Source: Vicugna vicugna
Taxonomy: Eukaryota
Length of the DNA stretch: 64,000 nucleotides
Assembly (NCBI GenBank): GCA_013265495.1
Contig: MU057822.1
Span: 175,852-239,851 of the forward strand
Direction: 5' to 3'
Of this stretch, positions 22,070 through 35,707 are shown one piece after another. The notes under the pieces are model-generated. The model was not told the origin of the DNA. It saw nothing but the letters and a program-made list of their open reading frames with translations, and did not search any database. Position numbers and translations under genes: made by a program. The first letter of the stretch is position 1; each line of letters starts with the position of its first letter.

Positions 22070-22665
22070 CACACAGCCCAGGTGAGGTGTGCGCGTGCGT
22101 GGACATCCCTCACCAGGAGCTCTGGTCTGAAGAGCCAAGTGTGTGGCCTCTGGACGTGGAGTTCTGTGAGTGAGTGGAGCTGGGCTCAGCACAGAAAAGA
22201 AAAGGAACCCATGACCATTGAAGTGCTGAAGATTCCCGGTATGCAGAGAAAAGAAATAGGTGAAAATCAGCCAAGGGCAGGGACCTCTGGGGCAGAGCCC
22301 AGGAGCGTCCAAACAAGAGCCTAGGTCTGGTCATCCGTGTCCCAGTCACGATGTGACGTCAATGCCAACCAGGGAAGCTGACCAGGGCCTTTAGCATCAC
22401 TGTTGTTACCATGCGCTGCCCTCGTGGCCAGCCTTCAGTCTCTAGCCCCTCCTGGAGGCTGGGCTGATACCTGCTGTCTCCAGCCCCTTCCAGAGGCAGA
22501 ATGATACCATGAAGCCCAAAGTCCCCATCATAAATCACATTGCAAGACTGTCTAGCTGTCAATGCTCCCAGGAAAACAAAGACACTCCCATCACGCAGGA
22601 CATTCCAGAGCCAGGAGACCACCTCCCAGTAGCCAAGGGCAAAGGCTAGACCTCTCTTTGGATTC
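22070..22665. mobile_element. LTR remnant, MER21-like
   Basis: Recalled motifs cataaatcacattg, caaagacactc...caggacattccagag, agggcaaaggctagacctctctttgg. Confidence 0.5.
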
Positions 22666-23077
22666 CACCCATATGAGATCATGCAGTATTTGTCTTTCTC
22701 TGTCTGACTTGTTTCACTTCACATGATGCCCTCAGAGTCCATCCATGTGGTCACAAGTGACATCTATCACGTTTCCTTGATCCGTTCATCCCTCAACAAA
22801 CGCAGAGAGCCAATAACAATAACATCTTGAATAACAAAGCTTCATCTGGGTCTGTTGCCAGGCGACCTGATTGAAGGCAACAATTAATCACTTGTTTCTC
22901 CTTAACCTGTGACAGTATTTCCCAGTCTTTTTCTTCTATTTTTCTCCTTTTTTTTTTTTTTGTTATTTGCAGATGCTAAATTTCAAAATGTCGTACTTTA
23001 AAATAAATAAATAAACCCAAATTAGTCTTTTCCTCCCTTCAGCAAATCCTGCTGACTCTTCCTCTAAAATACATTTT

Positions 23078-23205
23078 TTGAGGGGGAGAGGAAGGTAATT
23101 AGGTTTATTGATTTATTTATTTTTAGAGGAAGTACTGGAGATTAAACCCAGGACCTCCTGCATGCTAAGCATGTGTGTACCACTTGAGCTGTACCCATCC
23201 CCTCT
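23078..23205 (-). mobile_element. tRNA-Ala-derived SINE (Vic-1-like)
   Basis: TSD taaaatacatttt at 23065-23077 and 23206-23218. Confidence 0.9.
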
Positions 23206-25303
23206 TAAAATACATTTTGAATCCATTCTTTTCTCCCTACCTCCAGCACTTCTGGCCGAACCCAAGCCACCATCATCCCTCACCTGGACCACTGCAATGG
23301 GATGTTAACTGTCCCCTCTGTTCCCACCACCATCAGTCCATGAGCTACATAGCAACCAAATGATCTTTGTAACATGGAAATCAAGTAAAGTCACTCCCCT
23401 GCTGAAAATACTCCAGGGGCAGAGTGGAGTGGAGGAACACTTCCCAAATGCTTTCTACCACAAGTGGAGTAAAATCAAATCACTTTCCTTGCATTCAGTT
23501 CCCAGTGATCTGACTTTGTTGTCTTGACCACACATTTCTTATCAGCCTCCACCTTGCTCACTCTGATAAAGTCACCGTTTCTGTCCCTCAAACACAAAAG
23601 CTCATCCCCATTTCAGGAGCTTAAACAATCCCCTCTGCCTGAAATGCTGCTCCTTGAGATCTTTGCACAACCAGCTTATTCTTATTCAAATATTAGCTTA
23701 AATGTAACCTCTTCCAAGAAGCCCTCCATGACCACTCAATTTAAAGAAGTCACATAGTCACTCTGTCCTTGCTCCACAGTTTAATGCTTTTCATAGTTCC
23801 TATTAATATCTGATCATTTCCTGATTTATTTCTTTTCCTTCTCCCCAGTTTTAACAGCTGCTGTCATCACCAGTGCCTGGCACTCAGGCCATGATCATTC
23901 ACATTTTAATAAAGGAATGAATTGTTGTGTGTTTTCTGGCAGGTCAGTGCTATTCTTTGAACTTTCTCTGGGAAATGAAGTTATGTGACTGAATAAACTT
24001 TGTTTCTGAGGATGGATCAGCCTTTAAGGCAAATCATAGTTATGATGGTCAGTGACCACCAGGTGTCGCTAAAGACAGCTTCTCTAAGAGGCGGGATGGG
24101 TGGACTAAAAGGGTCTCTAAGAACACTTGAAGTCAGCACAGGTCTACTAGGGGCGACCCTGCAGTGGGGGTCTCCAGTGATTCAGCCAGCCAGGCAAAGC
24201 TCCTGGGGCTGGGGCCTCAGTCTTACCATCTGTCCATTGGCTGTAGACTCATTGTCCAGGTTCTAGGTCAGACCCTTCTTCTGTGGCAGAATCAGGGTGG
24301 GAGGAAGGGGGATGGAAAAGGAGAAGAGGGTCCCCTTTCCCTCCCTCTTCTGCTCTCAGGGGCCCTTCCCTTGGGGCAGGGACATGTCTTTCCCTGGGTG
24401 TGCTCCGGGTGCCCACACACTCAATGAGAAGCCACCTCTAACAGGGTGACTTCATTACCCCAATGCCTGTGGTGAGGCAGAAGTAATCATACTCCGCAGA
24501 ATTCCTTTTGTGGGAGTTGGGGAGTCCCTGAAGGAGGAGGGAAAACATAGTTTTCTAAACAAACAAATGTTAAAACCATTAGTAGCTCTGGGTTCAACAA
24601 AAACAGGCTACCAGCCAGACTCGCTAACAGACCAGAGTCTGCAGACCCCTGCTTTAGACGAAACCCCAAGATGAAGCATTTGGGGTCCCAGGCGTCCCTG
24701 AAACAGAAGAGCCTTGGGGAGATGCACTGACTTGTGCAAGGTCTTCAGTTCCTTCAGATAAAACACACAAAAGAGAACAGACGCAACTATGCATGAGTCC
24801 AGAGAAAGATCAGTTTGGGCTCTGGGAGAGGAAGGGGAGACAGGGAGCCAGAGACAAGGGGCTTCGGGGTGACTCTTCCCAAGACCCCAAGTCTGCAGGA
24901 AGAATGAATTTTCCTACACACATCCAAGTGGTCAAAAAGGTTAAAGTGAGGGGGGTTATGCCTATTGCCAGAACCCTCATCCTCATCCTGGTTCCATCAA
25001 GTCCCCAGAGAAAAGGGGGCATCCTTTTAGGGACACATTCGGACCCCAGACCAACGAAAGGCCTGGGAACACAGTCTCTCTCCTCATCAAATACCCCAGG
25101 GTGAGCAGGGGAGGAGTTTTCTTCCAGCACAGGGACGACAGGCCAGGCCGGGCCTTCTCTGGGGAGTAGACCCCAAGTCAAAAGGCAGAATAAACTGAAT
25201 TTACATATCTATCTATATATCAGTATCTATATCTGCATATAATCAGCCTTACTGATGTATAATTCACATATGATGTTTTTACCCATTGAAATTGTCCAGT
25301 TCA

Positions 25304-25435
25304 GGGTGGCAAGGTATAGCTCAAGTGGTAAAGCACATGCTTAGCATGCATGAGGTCCTGGGTTCAATCCCCAGTGCCTCCTCTAAAAATAAACTAAATA
25401 CGTTCCCCCATTTAAAAAAAAAAAAAGGAAAGAAA
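25304..25435 (+). mobile_element. tRNA-Ala-derived SINE (Vic-1-like)
   Basis: TSD gaaattgtccagttca (25288-25303) and gaaatcggccagttca (25436-25451). Confidence 0.88.
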
Positions 25436-25723
25436 GAAATCGGCCAGTTCAATGGTTTTTGTTAGTCTATCCACAATTAAGAATCATCACCACGATCAAC
25501 TTAAAAACGTTTCATCAACATAAAAAAAAAAACCCTGTACCCAGTCACTCCTCATTGCCCCACAACTTCTACCCTTTAACCCCCCCAACCCCAGCCCTGG
25601 CAACCACCAGCCTATTTTTTGTCTCTATGGATTGGACATTTCTGGACATTTCACATAAAAGGAGTCATACATGCGGCCTTTTGTGTCTGGCTTTGTTCAC
25701 TTGGCATGTTTTCAAGGTTCATC

Positions 25724-26276
25724 TGAAATAGAGCCGGACACTGTGGGGGTCCTCCCTGGTACAAATCCTCTCCATGTCCCCCTTTTCTTGCTAGTAGGAC
25801 ATAGGTTTCCTTCAGCCTCCTTGACCTTCCCTGAGTTCCAAAGCGCAGGTTCAAACAGTTGCCAATCAGGGAAGGGAGGAAATGCAGAGACAAGGGAGGA
25901 ACAGTCAAGAAACAACAGCGCGGCCTTGCGGCACAGGGTCCTGGTTCCTCCTCAAGGAATATACACAATATCTTTGAGTTCTTCTGCAAGAACTAAGGCC
26001 TCCACCCAGGTGGAGGATGATAACTTCAGGCTGAACACAAGGTTGATGAACACCACCCCATCCCTCACCACCAACCAATCAGAAGAAAGTCACACACCTG
26101 CAGCCTCCATCCCAAACTTTGCTTAAAAACGCTCCTCCTCCCAAACCATCAGAGTTCTGGTTTTTCAAGCCGGAGCCACCCGTCTTCCTTGCTTGGCCCT
26201 GCAAAATACCTTTCTCTGCTCCAGACTCCGATGTTTAGGTTTGTTTGAACTCACTGTGCGTCCGGCACACGAACTT
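25724..26276 (+). mobile_element. Endogenous retrovirus solo LTR, 3'-clipped
   Basis: Begins TG exactly where the host L1 breaks; CCAAT boxes, a TATA-like cttaaaaac and a U5-like end (ctcactgtgcgtccggcacacgaactt); no terminal CA. Confidence 0.65.
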
Positions 26277-29200
26277 AGAAGTAGAGTTTGCTGGGTCAAA
26301 TGGCAGCTCGGTATTTAACAGTTTGAGGAACTGGCAGACTGCCTTCCACGGTGGCTGCACCGCTCCACACCCCCACCAGCGATGCGCAAGGGCCAATTTC
26401 CCTACGTCCTGCAAACATTTGTTATCTGCCTTTTTGATTCTAGCCACCCTCGTGGATAAGCAGTGCTATCTTACTGTGGTTTTGATTGGAACTTCCTTCA
26501 TGACCAATGATGCTGAGCATCTTTTTCATGTGTTTATTGGTCATTTGCATATCTCCTTCAGAGAACTGTCTATCCAAATCTTTCGTCCGTTTTTAAAATA
26601 TCTTTTATTCATATTTATCGTTTTATTGTTCGGTTGTAAGAATTCTTTATGTATTCTAGCTAAAAATCCCTTCTCAGCTGCACGATTTGCAAAACTTCTC
26701 ATTCTCCCACAAGTTCTCTTTTGACTTTCTCTGATATCTGCTTCATACATTTTAAAGATACGTTATTAGGTAACACAACTTGAGAACTGTTTTATCTTCG
26801 TAGATTGTTCCTGTAATCATGATGTAGGCACTCCTGTTTTCCCTCATAAATATTCTTTGTCTTAAATAATATTTGGTTTGATGTTTATGAAGATACACCA
26901 GCTTTCTCGTGGCTGGTATCATCTAATTACTTTCAACCTTCCACATCCTTGTTTTAGATGATCCTCTTGTAAACAGCGTGAGTCTGGACTCTTTTTATAA
27001 TCCAATCTGACAGCCAATCTGGCCAAGTTGGTGCATTCACAGTTATCGTGACTCAGGCTAATGCGAGGTGTCTGCAGTCCGCCAGGGGCTGGACGGGAGG
27101 AGGGAAAGGAACTGCCATTATCACTTGTGAGTTTTGTGCCAGCCCTGTGTCAGGTGTGTCCCACAGGTGGCCCTGCTCAATGCTCACACCATGTTGGCAT
27201 AAATGTCATTACTCCTATTTTATAAAGGGATGAAGGCTGTGAAAGGTTAGGTCACCCAAAGCCACACCGCTAGTAAGTGGCAGAGTCAGGGCCCAAGCTG
27301 GGCTCCAGACCCCATCCCCACTACCTGCAGGGCATCCAGGAACCCTCCCATAGTGGGCAGGAATGCAGCTGCCCCTCCAGGGTCAGACTGCAATAGAGAA
27401 GGAAAAGGGTTTCTAGGCAAAGGGAACAGTCACAACTGGGTGCCGGTGCCCAGGTGCAGCCTGGGCAGGAGGGTGGGGCCCCTGTTCCCCACAGGTCTGC
27501 TCCCCACACTGCCTCCCACCTCCCACCCCATTCCCCCGCATTTCTCCTGCCTGAGATGCGCCCAGTAGGTCAGGCAGAGAGCTTCCACAGGAACCTGAGA
27601 AGCAAAACAATTCTGTTCTGTTCCAGTTGTGTTCTAGGGAGATGTTTAACAAGCCACTGAGTGGGGAAGAGGACTCGTAGTATATGCCAACTACCTTGGT
27701 GCAAATACTCTCACCGAGGCCAAACTAGCAGCATCACTAAACACACAGGGTACCTAATCTGCTCCCGCAAACCCAGAAGAGCCCACTCCAGCTGGCTGCC
27801 CTCCCTGCTCCCTCCCAGAAGAGTCTGCCAAACGGAGGGTGGGAGCATGTACCAGAGGCTCTGCCTTCCCAGTGGGGTACTTCGTGCCCCGCCCCCCCCT
27901 CCAGCTGGGCTTAGCATTCTCTGCCCTTCAGGTCGGGGTACAGAGACACAGCCTGTCAGCGGGGCTGGAGAAACTGAGGCTGAAAGGTAGCGCTTGCCCT
28001 GGCGAGAGGGGCCGGGTGTTGTGGAGACAACAGATGCACCTACGAGTGTTCATGTGTACGCTGAGCACACGCACAACTCCTTGGTGTCCATGCGTGCCTG
28101 TGCACACTCACGTGTGTATGTGCGTGAACACACCTGTGAGCTTAGGGGCTGTTCTTGAGGTTGAACCACAGCATGAACCTGTAAGTCATGATTTTTTTTT
28201 TAATGTGATGCTTTATGAAAGTACCCCCGTGCTAATTATGCCCACAATTGTGTCCTAAGCTATTAACTGCAAGCGGCTTCTCTCTGCCTTGCTCTTCTGA
28301 ACCTCTTCCCACCTCAGTCCCCATGGATACAGGAAGTTCATTCAGCCTGGGTCTCACATAGGAGACAAACCTAGAAACCGGCTCCTGGTGATAGGGTTGG
28401 GCCAGGTAGATGTTCATGAGACACAGCTGAATCCGCAAATCCGTAGGTGAGTGGGAACCAAGGTCAAGGAGGACAGGGAGTGGGAGGAAGCTGGGGGCTG
28501 GGGGGCAGGCTGTCGGCAGGAGGTAGTCACGGAGGGGAAGGAGCACAAGTGGCAGAGCCAGTGATTCAGGAAAGGGATGCTCAGGACCCCTCCACCTGTG
28601 CAGGGGAAGAGCCTTCACTCCTCTGTCTGCAGGCACCCTTGGCCCCACTGCACAGAGGTTGTGGGAGGCAGGGGATGGACATGTGTCTCTATCAACTCAA
28701 GGGACCAGTGCCGGCCAACTACCAGCTGACTCCATCACTTAAAATGAATGGCATTTTCTTGGCTCCAAATTTTGCTGGTGGGCAGAGCCCCAGGGAGAGA
28801 CTGAATTCCCAGAAAAGGAGCTGGGAGTGCTATGCCACCTGAGGTCCCCAAATGCTGCTCAGCCTCTCCAGAGGCACCATTCCCAGGACTCCCCCCTCCC
28901 CTCCCCTCCTTGTGCCTCCCTTCCCCCCTCCCCCCCAGCTCACTGCACCCATCATCACAGGGCTGGTCAAAGTTCTCCCAGAGGACTGTCTGCAACACAT
29001 GTGCATGTGTGAATGTGAGTGTGCACTGACAGTGCACGCACAAATCTGTGTGCGTGTCCATGCCTGTGCATGCTCAGGTGTGTCTGTGTGTGCATAACAC
29101 ACCCAAGACATACACACACACAGACCATATGTGCCTAGACCTTGAATCCTCCTGGGGGGTGGTTATTTTGCCAGTATTCCATAGATCACCTACAATGGAT

Positions 29201-30824
29201 GTCACAATGACAGTCACTTATATTTAAAGTCCCTCAGAAGCACCCAGTTCAACCCTAGCAGTGCTCCTCAGGGGAGGTCACCATTGCTATTTGAGTAGAG
29301 ATAATTCTCCTGTGATGGGACCAAGTCCCAACCCGCGGCATCAGTTTTATATCCCTGGTCCCAAAATTCTAGGCACAAAATGTTAGTAGTGCCCCAGAAA
29401 TGCCCTCACAAGTTTCCAACCTCTCGTGGAGGTGGGACAGCAGAGTCCCAGGTGAGGGCACCACAAGCTTTGTCCAGTAGCTGGATATTCTCCACAGAAT
29501 CTCTGGAAAGGTTCTGACCCCTGCCCTTCAACTCCCAGGGATTGCTCCTGCCTACCTCCTGAAGCCCCACCCACAGACAGCGCCACCTGGAAGAAAAGTC
29601 CACATCACTCATCCCACTTCCTTCCTCAGGGGCCACCCAAGGGCTGACCCCACTCACCGGGGCCTCACAGTGCTCCGAGGAGGAGGCCAGGCTGGGAGGC
29701 AAGAACTGCTGTGCGGTGGGCCTCACACACCAAACAGGTGGGCTGGGGTGGGAGGGCGTCCTGCAGACTCATCCAAGAAGAGAAGCCCCATCTGACCAGC
29801 AGAAAGCTGCAGAAACCAAGAGGAGTGCTGAGCTAGGCCAGGTGGCAGCTCTCAGGCCTGAAGCTTCTAGAAGCAAGAGATGCCCACAGACATTGAAAGT
29901 GCTGCCTTCCCTCCTGCCTTCCTGTTACCACTCCTTCAGGTGGGTGAGTATGGTAGGTGGAGACGAGGGTTCGCTAGGAACTGAAACTAGAGAAAAACTG
30001 CCCCCCACTCAGACCCAGAGGGGCCCTGCCAGGCTAGTGTGCGGTGTAGCATGTGGTGATGAGGGCGTGGGAGGGGTGGGGGTGCTGGGAGGGTTGGTGG
30101 TGTACCCTGCCCACGTCTTTTGATGGGTCTACAAACTCCATTCCCTTGGGTGCATGCTGAGGAGCCCAGTTACTGAGGTTCAGAGTGAGCTACGTGGAGC
30201 TTGGCAAAACTCCCCAAATGCTTCCCAATGCAGTGTCCCAGCGTCCAGTCCACTCCCCAGTGCACTGCACCCGCCGTCCAGTCACTCCCGTCCTCCAGGG
30301 CACCTTTTACAGGTGAGACCCAGAGGGCTGGGACCTGGCTGGATTGGGACTTCACTGTGCCAACTGTCCCACATCCACCTGGGGCAGAACTTTTTTGCCT
30401 GATGTAATTCCTGGACCCTTGAGTTCCTAGCATCTGATTTAAAATATTGGAGTAACTTTAAGTAGATTTTATTGAGAGGAAGACCTCTGGAAGCCAGATC
30501 TGTGCACACAAACATCTTCCATCTGGCAAACAGGCTAATGATGCTTACCCAGATTTTTAAAAATCTACTTTGATGATGATTATCTAATAATTTTTTTTCC
30601 ATATGCAATCTTTCCATTGGTTTTTCCCGAACTATCTTCCCTTGCAGCAGATTTGAAAGAAAAATTTTAACTTGGGGTCACATCAGCCCGTCTTCTGCCC
30701 TCTCTTCTCATCAGCTTAACAGACTACACTTTGGACAGAGCTGCTTAGGGGAGAAAACTGATTAAGAAAAAAACTATAGACTTATCAAAACAGAAATTGT
30801 GGGCGGAGAGTATCCATATTTACA

Positions 30825-30968
30825 TCTTCTTTTTCTCTTTCTTTCTCTCCTCCTCCCTTCCTTCCTTCCTCTCTCACTCTTTCCTTCTTTCTCTCTCTCT
30901 CCTGTCTTTGTCTTCTTTCTCTTCCCTCTCTCCTCTCTCTTTCCCTTCTTTCCTTCTTTCTAGTTTTT
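30825..30968. repeat. Polypyrimidine (CT-rich) tract
   Basis: About 140 nt that is almost entirely C/T. Confidence 0.85.
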
Positions 30969-31339
30969 CAGGAAGATTCTCTAAGGTTTCTCGCACTCCT
31001 TAAGCCCCTGGTGGCCTAAAGCGCACCTTCCACCTCTATCCCTCCCCCCACCAGCAGCACGTGGCACGTAAAAGAGAAGAAAAACCCAAAACTCAGGTAC
31101 TGTGCAGTCTCTGCCCACTGCAGGTGAGAACCTGAGGTCAAGGATCCGAAAGGATCCTGTGAGTCAAGGGGAAAATAAGGGTTAATTTACATAAGTCTCC
31201 TTTTGACCAGATTTTCCCCAACGTCTTCCCATCCACCTCCACCAGAGCAGGGGTTTCCAGCCCCTCCCCACCCGCCGCCCCAGACCCACCTTCAGGCCGG
31301 GCTCCCAGTCCCCTCCCAACCAAGTCCGACCAGACCACC

Positions 31340-31665
31340 TAGGACCGTTGGCTGGGAGCACAAACGGCCACACGGCCCAGCAGGAAGTGTTCCGAACCGA
31401 TCTGCCCCACGCGGTCACACCCAGTGCGTCATCCACGCGGACGCGGGCTCTGAGCCCGCCCAGAGCCGCATCCCGAGCCCCGGGGGCCTGGAAGTCGGCG
31501 GAGAGGGTGCACCCGCTCCCCACTCTCTCCCCGGCCCCTCTCTCCCCTCTCCCCTCCGCCACACTCGCCCTGAGCTCCGGAAAAGTCCGGGGGCCGGCTG
31601 CGGGGTCCCCAGGCGTTCCCTCTCCCATCTGCTTTCTTTATTATTCTAATCGACCGCCGGGGACA
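31340..31665. promoter_or_regulatory. Small intergenic CpG-rich island (candidate enhancer or ncRNA promoter)
   Basis: Local CpG cluster in a CpG-poor background, with GGAAGT and CCGGAA motifs. Confidence 0.5.
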
Positions 31666-31789
31666 CCCTTTGTCAACTGCAGAGAGAATAGAATAGAATA
31701 GAAGCCCTGGTGCCTGAGCTGTAAAGGACCAGGGCCTGTGAGAGGCGGGTGGTCATCTCCACCGGCTGTGGGAGGACTGGCAGGGCTAC

Positions 31790-31955
31790 TGGCTTTAGCA
31801 AATTTTTAAAAAAAGGATGCCCAGTTAATTTCAGATAAGCAACCTTTTTTTTCTAAAAAATATCTAAATGTGTCCCATACAATATTTGGGATATAGTTAT
31901 GCTAAAAATGATTCTTATTCATGACCTGAATTTCAAATTTATTTGCAAACCCTAA
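31790..31955. mobile_element. hAT-type MITE, MER53-like
   Basis: Recalled motifs ggatgcccagttaa..tttcagataa and atgtgtcccatacaatatttggga. Confidence 0.55.
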
Positions 31956-33604
31956 AAGAGAGACTTATAATGGGTTCTCTCGCATCCACGTGAGAGTTTT
32001 CATTTGGAATTCGAAACTCTGGGAGAGACGGGGTGAGAGCCACTGGAAGAAACTTTGGCTGGATCTAGAACTTAGAGTCCTGGAAAGTGCACTGGCCTCC
32101 AGGCCTGGGTGACCTGCTCTCAGGCCAGAAGTAAACACACTCTTCAAGCCTGGATAGGGGCTGGGCTCAGTGCGCCCCAGTTTCTCCCTTCCCCACACCT
32201 CCAATTTACTGGCTCCTCCTCCAGCTCTGGCTGGTCTGACCATCAAGCCAACAGCCCACTCCCCAATTCACCATTCCCTACTCCAGAGGGGCAGCAGAAG
32301 GCATCACAGAAGAAGCTAGAAGGAGGTAGTAAGTCAGGAGCAAAGCTAGCTCTGTGTTCATTACCTTCCAGGAAACCAGGTTGTGTCACTACAGAAAGCC
32401 AGGAGCACAGGACACACTCCAGAATCGGTTTAACCTGCTGTGGCCAGACTGGCTGAATTAACCATCCCTCAGTTGGGCATGTGACCACTCCATTTCTATG
32501 GCCACTGGGAGGACATTCATCCTACAAACATTTTCTCATCTCCTTTGTCCATCCCACAGGCAAGCTTCAAGTCACACCTCTTCTTCCATCCTGACTCCGC
32601 CCCCTCACCTGTCTGCCTCTCTCCCTTCTCCACCGCACCTAGTAGGTCCCTCTGCGTCCATCCCCAGGCCCCACTGCTTGGCTCAGACTCAGCAGCGCTC
32701 AGCTGAACTACTGCAGCCTCTTCCCCACTCCCCAGCTCCCCCAGCTCTCGCCCTATAAAAGCAGGTCTCACCTTGCCACTGCAAATCCTCTGTTTTGCAT
32801 CAGAGGCCAAGACCCAGCCCTCAGGGATGGAAAAGCAGGACAAACCAGGGTGCCTGAATAAAACATGCCTCTTCCAGTCACCCAGGAGAAGCTGTTACTA
32901 TCCCAGGTGAGGGGGCAGGAAAGACAGCTCCTGGGAGGGCTCCAGCCCAGGCTGCCCAGCCAACTCTCATCAGCTGAGGTGAGGAAGTGGGGGCACAGCG
33001 GCTCAGCCTAGCGTAGGGGCCAGACCCCACTCCAGTTAAAAACTGTCCTCTGGGTTTCTATCTCAGATGATCAGCCTCATTCGTAATATAAGAAATGTAA
33101 ATGAAAACTGCGAGATACTATCTTTCACCTATCAGATGGGTAAAAACAAAACTAAAAAAACAACAAAAGGGGATTCATGTTGGTCAAGGTGTCTGAAAAC
33201 AGGCCCCCCACATACATTGTTGGTGGCAAAGCTAATTGGCACAACCTCCCTAAAGGGCCACCTGGTAATATTGATCAAAAAATGAAATATATAAATTCTT
33301 CAAGATCCCAGCAATTCCACTTTCAGAAATTTACCCTACAGGTCTACAGGTGCCTGGCGACATATATAATATGCACCAGGATATTCACTGAACCATAGTT
33401 AAAGTTTGGGACATAAACAGGAGTGTAGTTAATAAATTATGCTCCAGCCATACAATTAAATATTATGCCCTATTAAAACAAAACGAGGCAGCTAGGTATT
33501 AAAATTAAGTGATCTTAATTAAGATTCATTATGTGCAAAAACAAAGTGCTGAACAGTTAGTACAGCATATAAAGTCTGTGATTTTTCAAAAATGTGAATG
33601 TTTG

Positions 33605-33699
33605 AGGGGGAGGGTGTAGCTCAGGGTAGAGTGTGTGCCTAACATGTACAGGGTCCTGGGTTCAATCCCCAGTACCTCCATCAAAAAGAAAAAAAAAAA
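33605..33699 (+). mobile_element. Short SINE (Vic-1-like) within an old L1 remnant (about 33070-33860)
   Basis: Head plus poly-A; flanking gt(g/a)aatgtttg repeat. Confidence 0.85.
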
Positions 33700-35707
33700 G
33701 TAAATGTTTGGTAAGTATTGAATACCTCTGGCAGGAAACAGTTGACAACAGTGTCCTAGGGCAAATTGCTAAGGACCAAAAATGGCAATGGGAGGGAGAC
33801 TTACTTTTTTGTGTCTTTTGAATTTTGTGAAACATCAAATTGACCAAAATATTATAAAATAAACATATGTTATATACATATAATATATATGTGTGTATTA
33901 ACTAATTTTAAAAGTAGGTGACTTTTCTACCACAGTGGAAAGTCCAGGATCCTTCCAGACCTCAGTTTTCCATCTAGACAGTGGGAATTTGGGACCAGAG
34001 ACTGTTCCTGTAAGATTATTTCTAAGACTTAGAGCTAACCAACCAAACAAGTACTGGTGTGGTAGCCACAAGATGACATTTGATGGCCTGGGGAAGGGGA
34101 CAGTATGAAATGGCATTAATGAAATCAGGATGCAATGCCCATCACCTAATGGACAGGGTCACTCCTCTGAATCCAGAGAGGGTGGCCATGGGAAAAGCTG
34201 CATGCGCCTGCAAGGGGGGGACACCTGCCTCTCCTGCAGACTTCAGTTCCCCAGGGCTTGGCAGCTTCTTCTCTCCCATCACCTGTCTGCTTCTCCTCCT
34301 GTCACTTCTCTGCTCACCTGCCTCCACCCCTGAGGCCCTTGGTTGGCCCAGGGGAGGAGCTGAAGACAGCAGTGGAACAGGTTCTGTAGGGCAGAGGGAA
34401 GGTGCCTGCCTCTTCTCTGACTGAGGTCCTGGCCTCACTCTGGCCCCTTCCTAGGGGACCAGGCTCTGCCTAGCTTACCCTCTGGCCTGCACTCAGCACT
34501 CTCCTCCCCACCTCCCTGTGCGCATTTCAAAAGAGGCAGCTCTCCTACTTCCGGAGCCCTACCCACCCAGCTCCTTCCCACAGCCAGGCCTCCTCCTTTA
34601 ACTGAGGATGTCTGTGCCTGAGGCTGGGAGACCTGAGATGCCCGCTACACTGAGCCTCCCTGGGAGGGGAGAGGCTGCAATCTGAGCCCTCAGAGCACAC
34701 TCAGAGGCCCCAGTAACAGAAAGCCACCTCCCTCCCAAGACTCCTACTGGGGTCCAGGTCCACTCTGGCCTTTTCTCTTAATGACTGGGAACCAAAGGGA
34801 TAATACAGGGGAGTCTGAGGAGCAGAGGGTGGATGGGTTTCTTGCCCCTCATTCTCTCTCCCTTCCTCCCTGGGTTTTCTGTCCTAGATCAATCCTGGCT
34901 CCCTCTCCTTCCTGGGGCCTCAGAGTCCACCTGCAAGAAGAGGGGTTTGGGCCCAGAAAGCTGCATGTGACCCGGTGCCCCTGGTGGTTCTGATGCAGGT
35001 GCTGGTGGACAGGCGTAAAGCAGCAGACTGCCTGTACACTGCAGAAAGGTTTTGTCTTCCTCCTGGTGTGCCCTCAGAAGCCAAGGGTCCAAAGTGAGCA
35101 AGCAAAGTGGGGCTCCTGGCAACGAGACAGATGATCCTCTGGGTGGGTCTTGACTCTGAAAACTGCTGCCATCATTGGGTCTTTACCTGAAGCTTGAGAA
35201 GGAAGCCAATGAAAAAAAAGAGAGCAGAGCCAAGCAGAGAGAGATGGAGACCTGCCAAGGCCTGGGGATGGCTCTTAAGCCCTGATTTAGTAGGCAAGCC
35301 ACCCTAACTCTGGGAGTCAGGGGACCCAATACATCCTTAGGCAGTAGGAAGATAATGGAGATTAACATAGCAGAGAGAATGACATGCAAATTTCTATCAA
35401 AACAACTTAAAGGAGAGGCCCTCAACTGGGTACTTATCCTCTCTGAGCCTCTGTTTCTTCATCTGTAAAATGGGCATGATAATATCTACTTCAAAGAATT
35501 GTCAGAACTAAATCAGACGACCCAAATAATAAATAATGTGTTTGGGAGGGGTGAAGGTCGTCAAAAGATACAAACTTCCAGTTTTAAAATAAATCAATTC
35601 TGGGGATTAATGGACAGCATAGTGACTATACCTAACAATACTGTATATTTAAAAGTGCCTAAGAGAGAAGAAAGTCTTAAAATTTCTCATCACAAGAAAA
35701 AAATTTG

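Larger units (their letters stand above)
25240..26725 (-). mobile_element. Old LINE-1 3' fragment interrupted by a SINE and an LTR
   Basis: Antisense L1 motifs (ttcaaggttcatc, gatgctgagcatctttttcatgtg); minus-strand ORF MARIKKADNKCLQDVGKL resembles the ORF2 C-terminus. Confidence 0.75.

Noticed and set aside
21447..22085. 212-aa ORF
   Set aside because: Pyrimidine-rich, overlaps probable L2 remnants and shows no protein resemblance or splice support.
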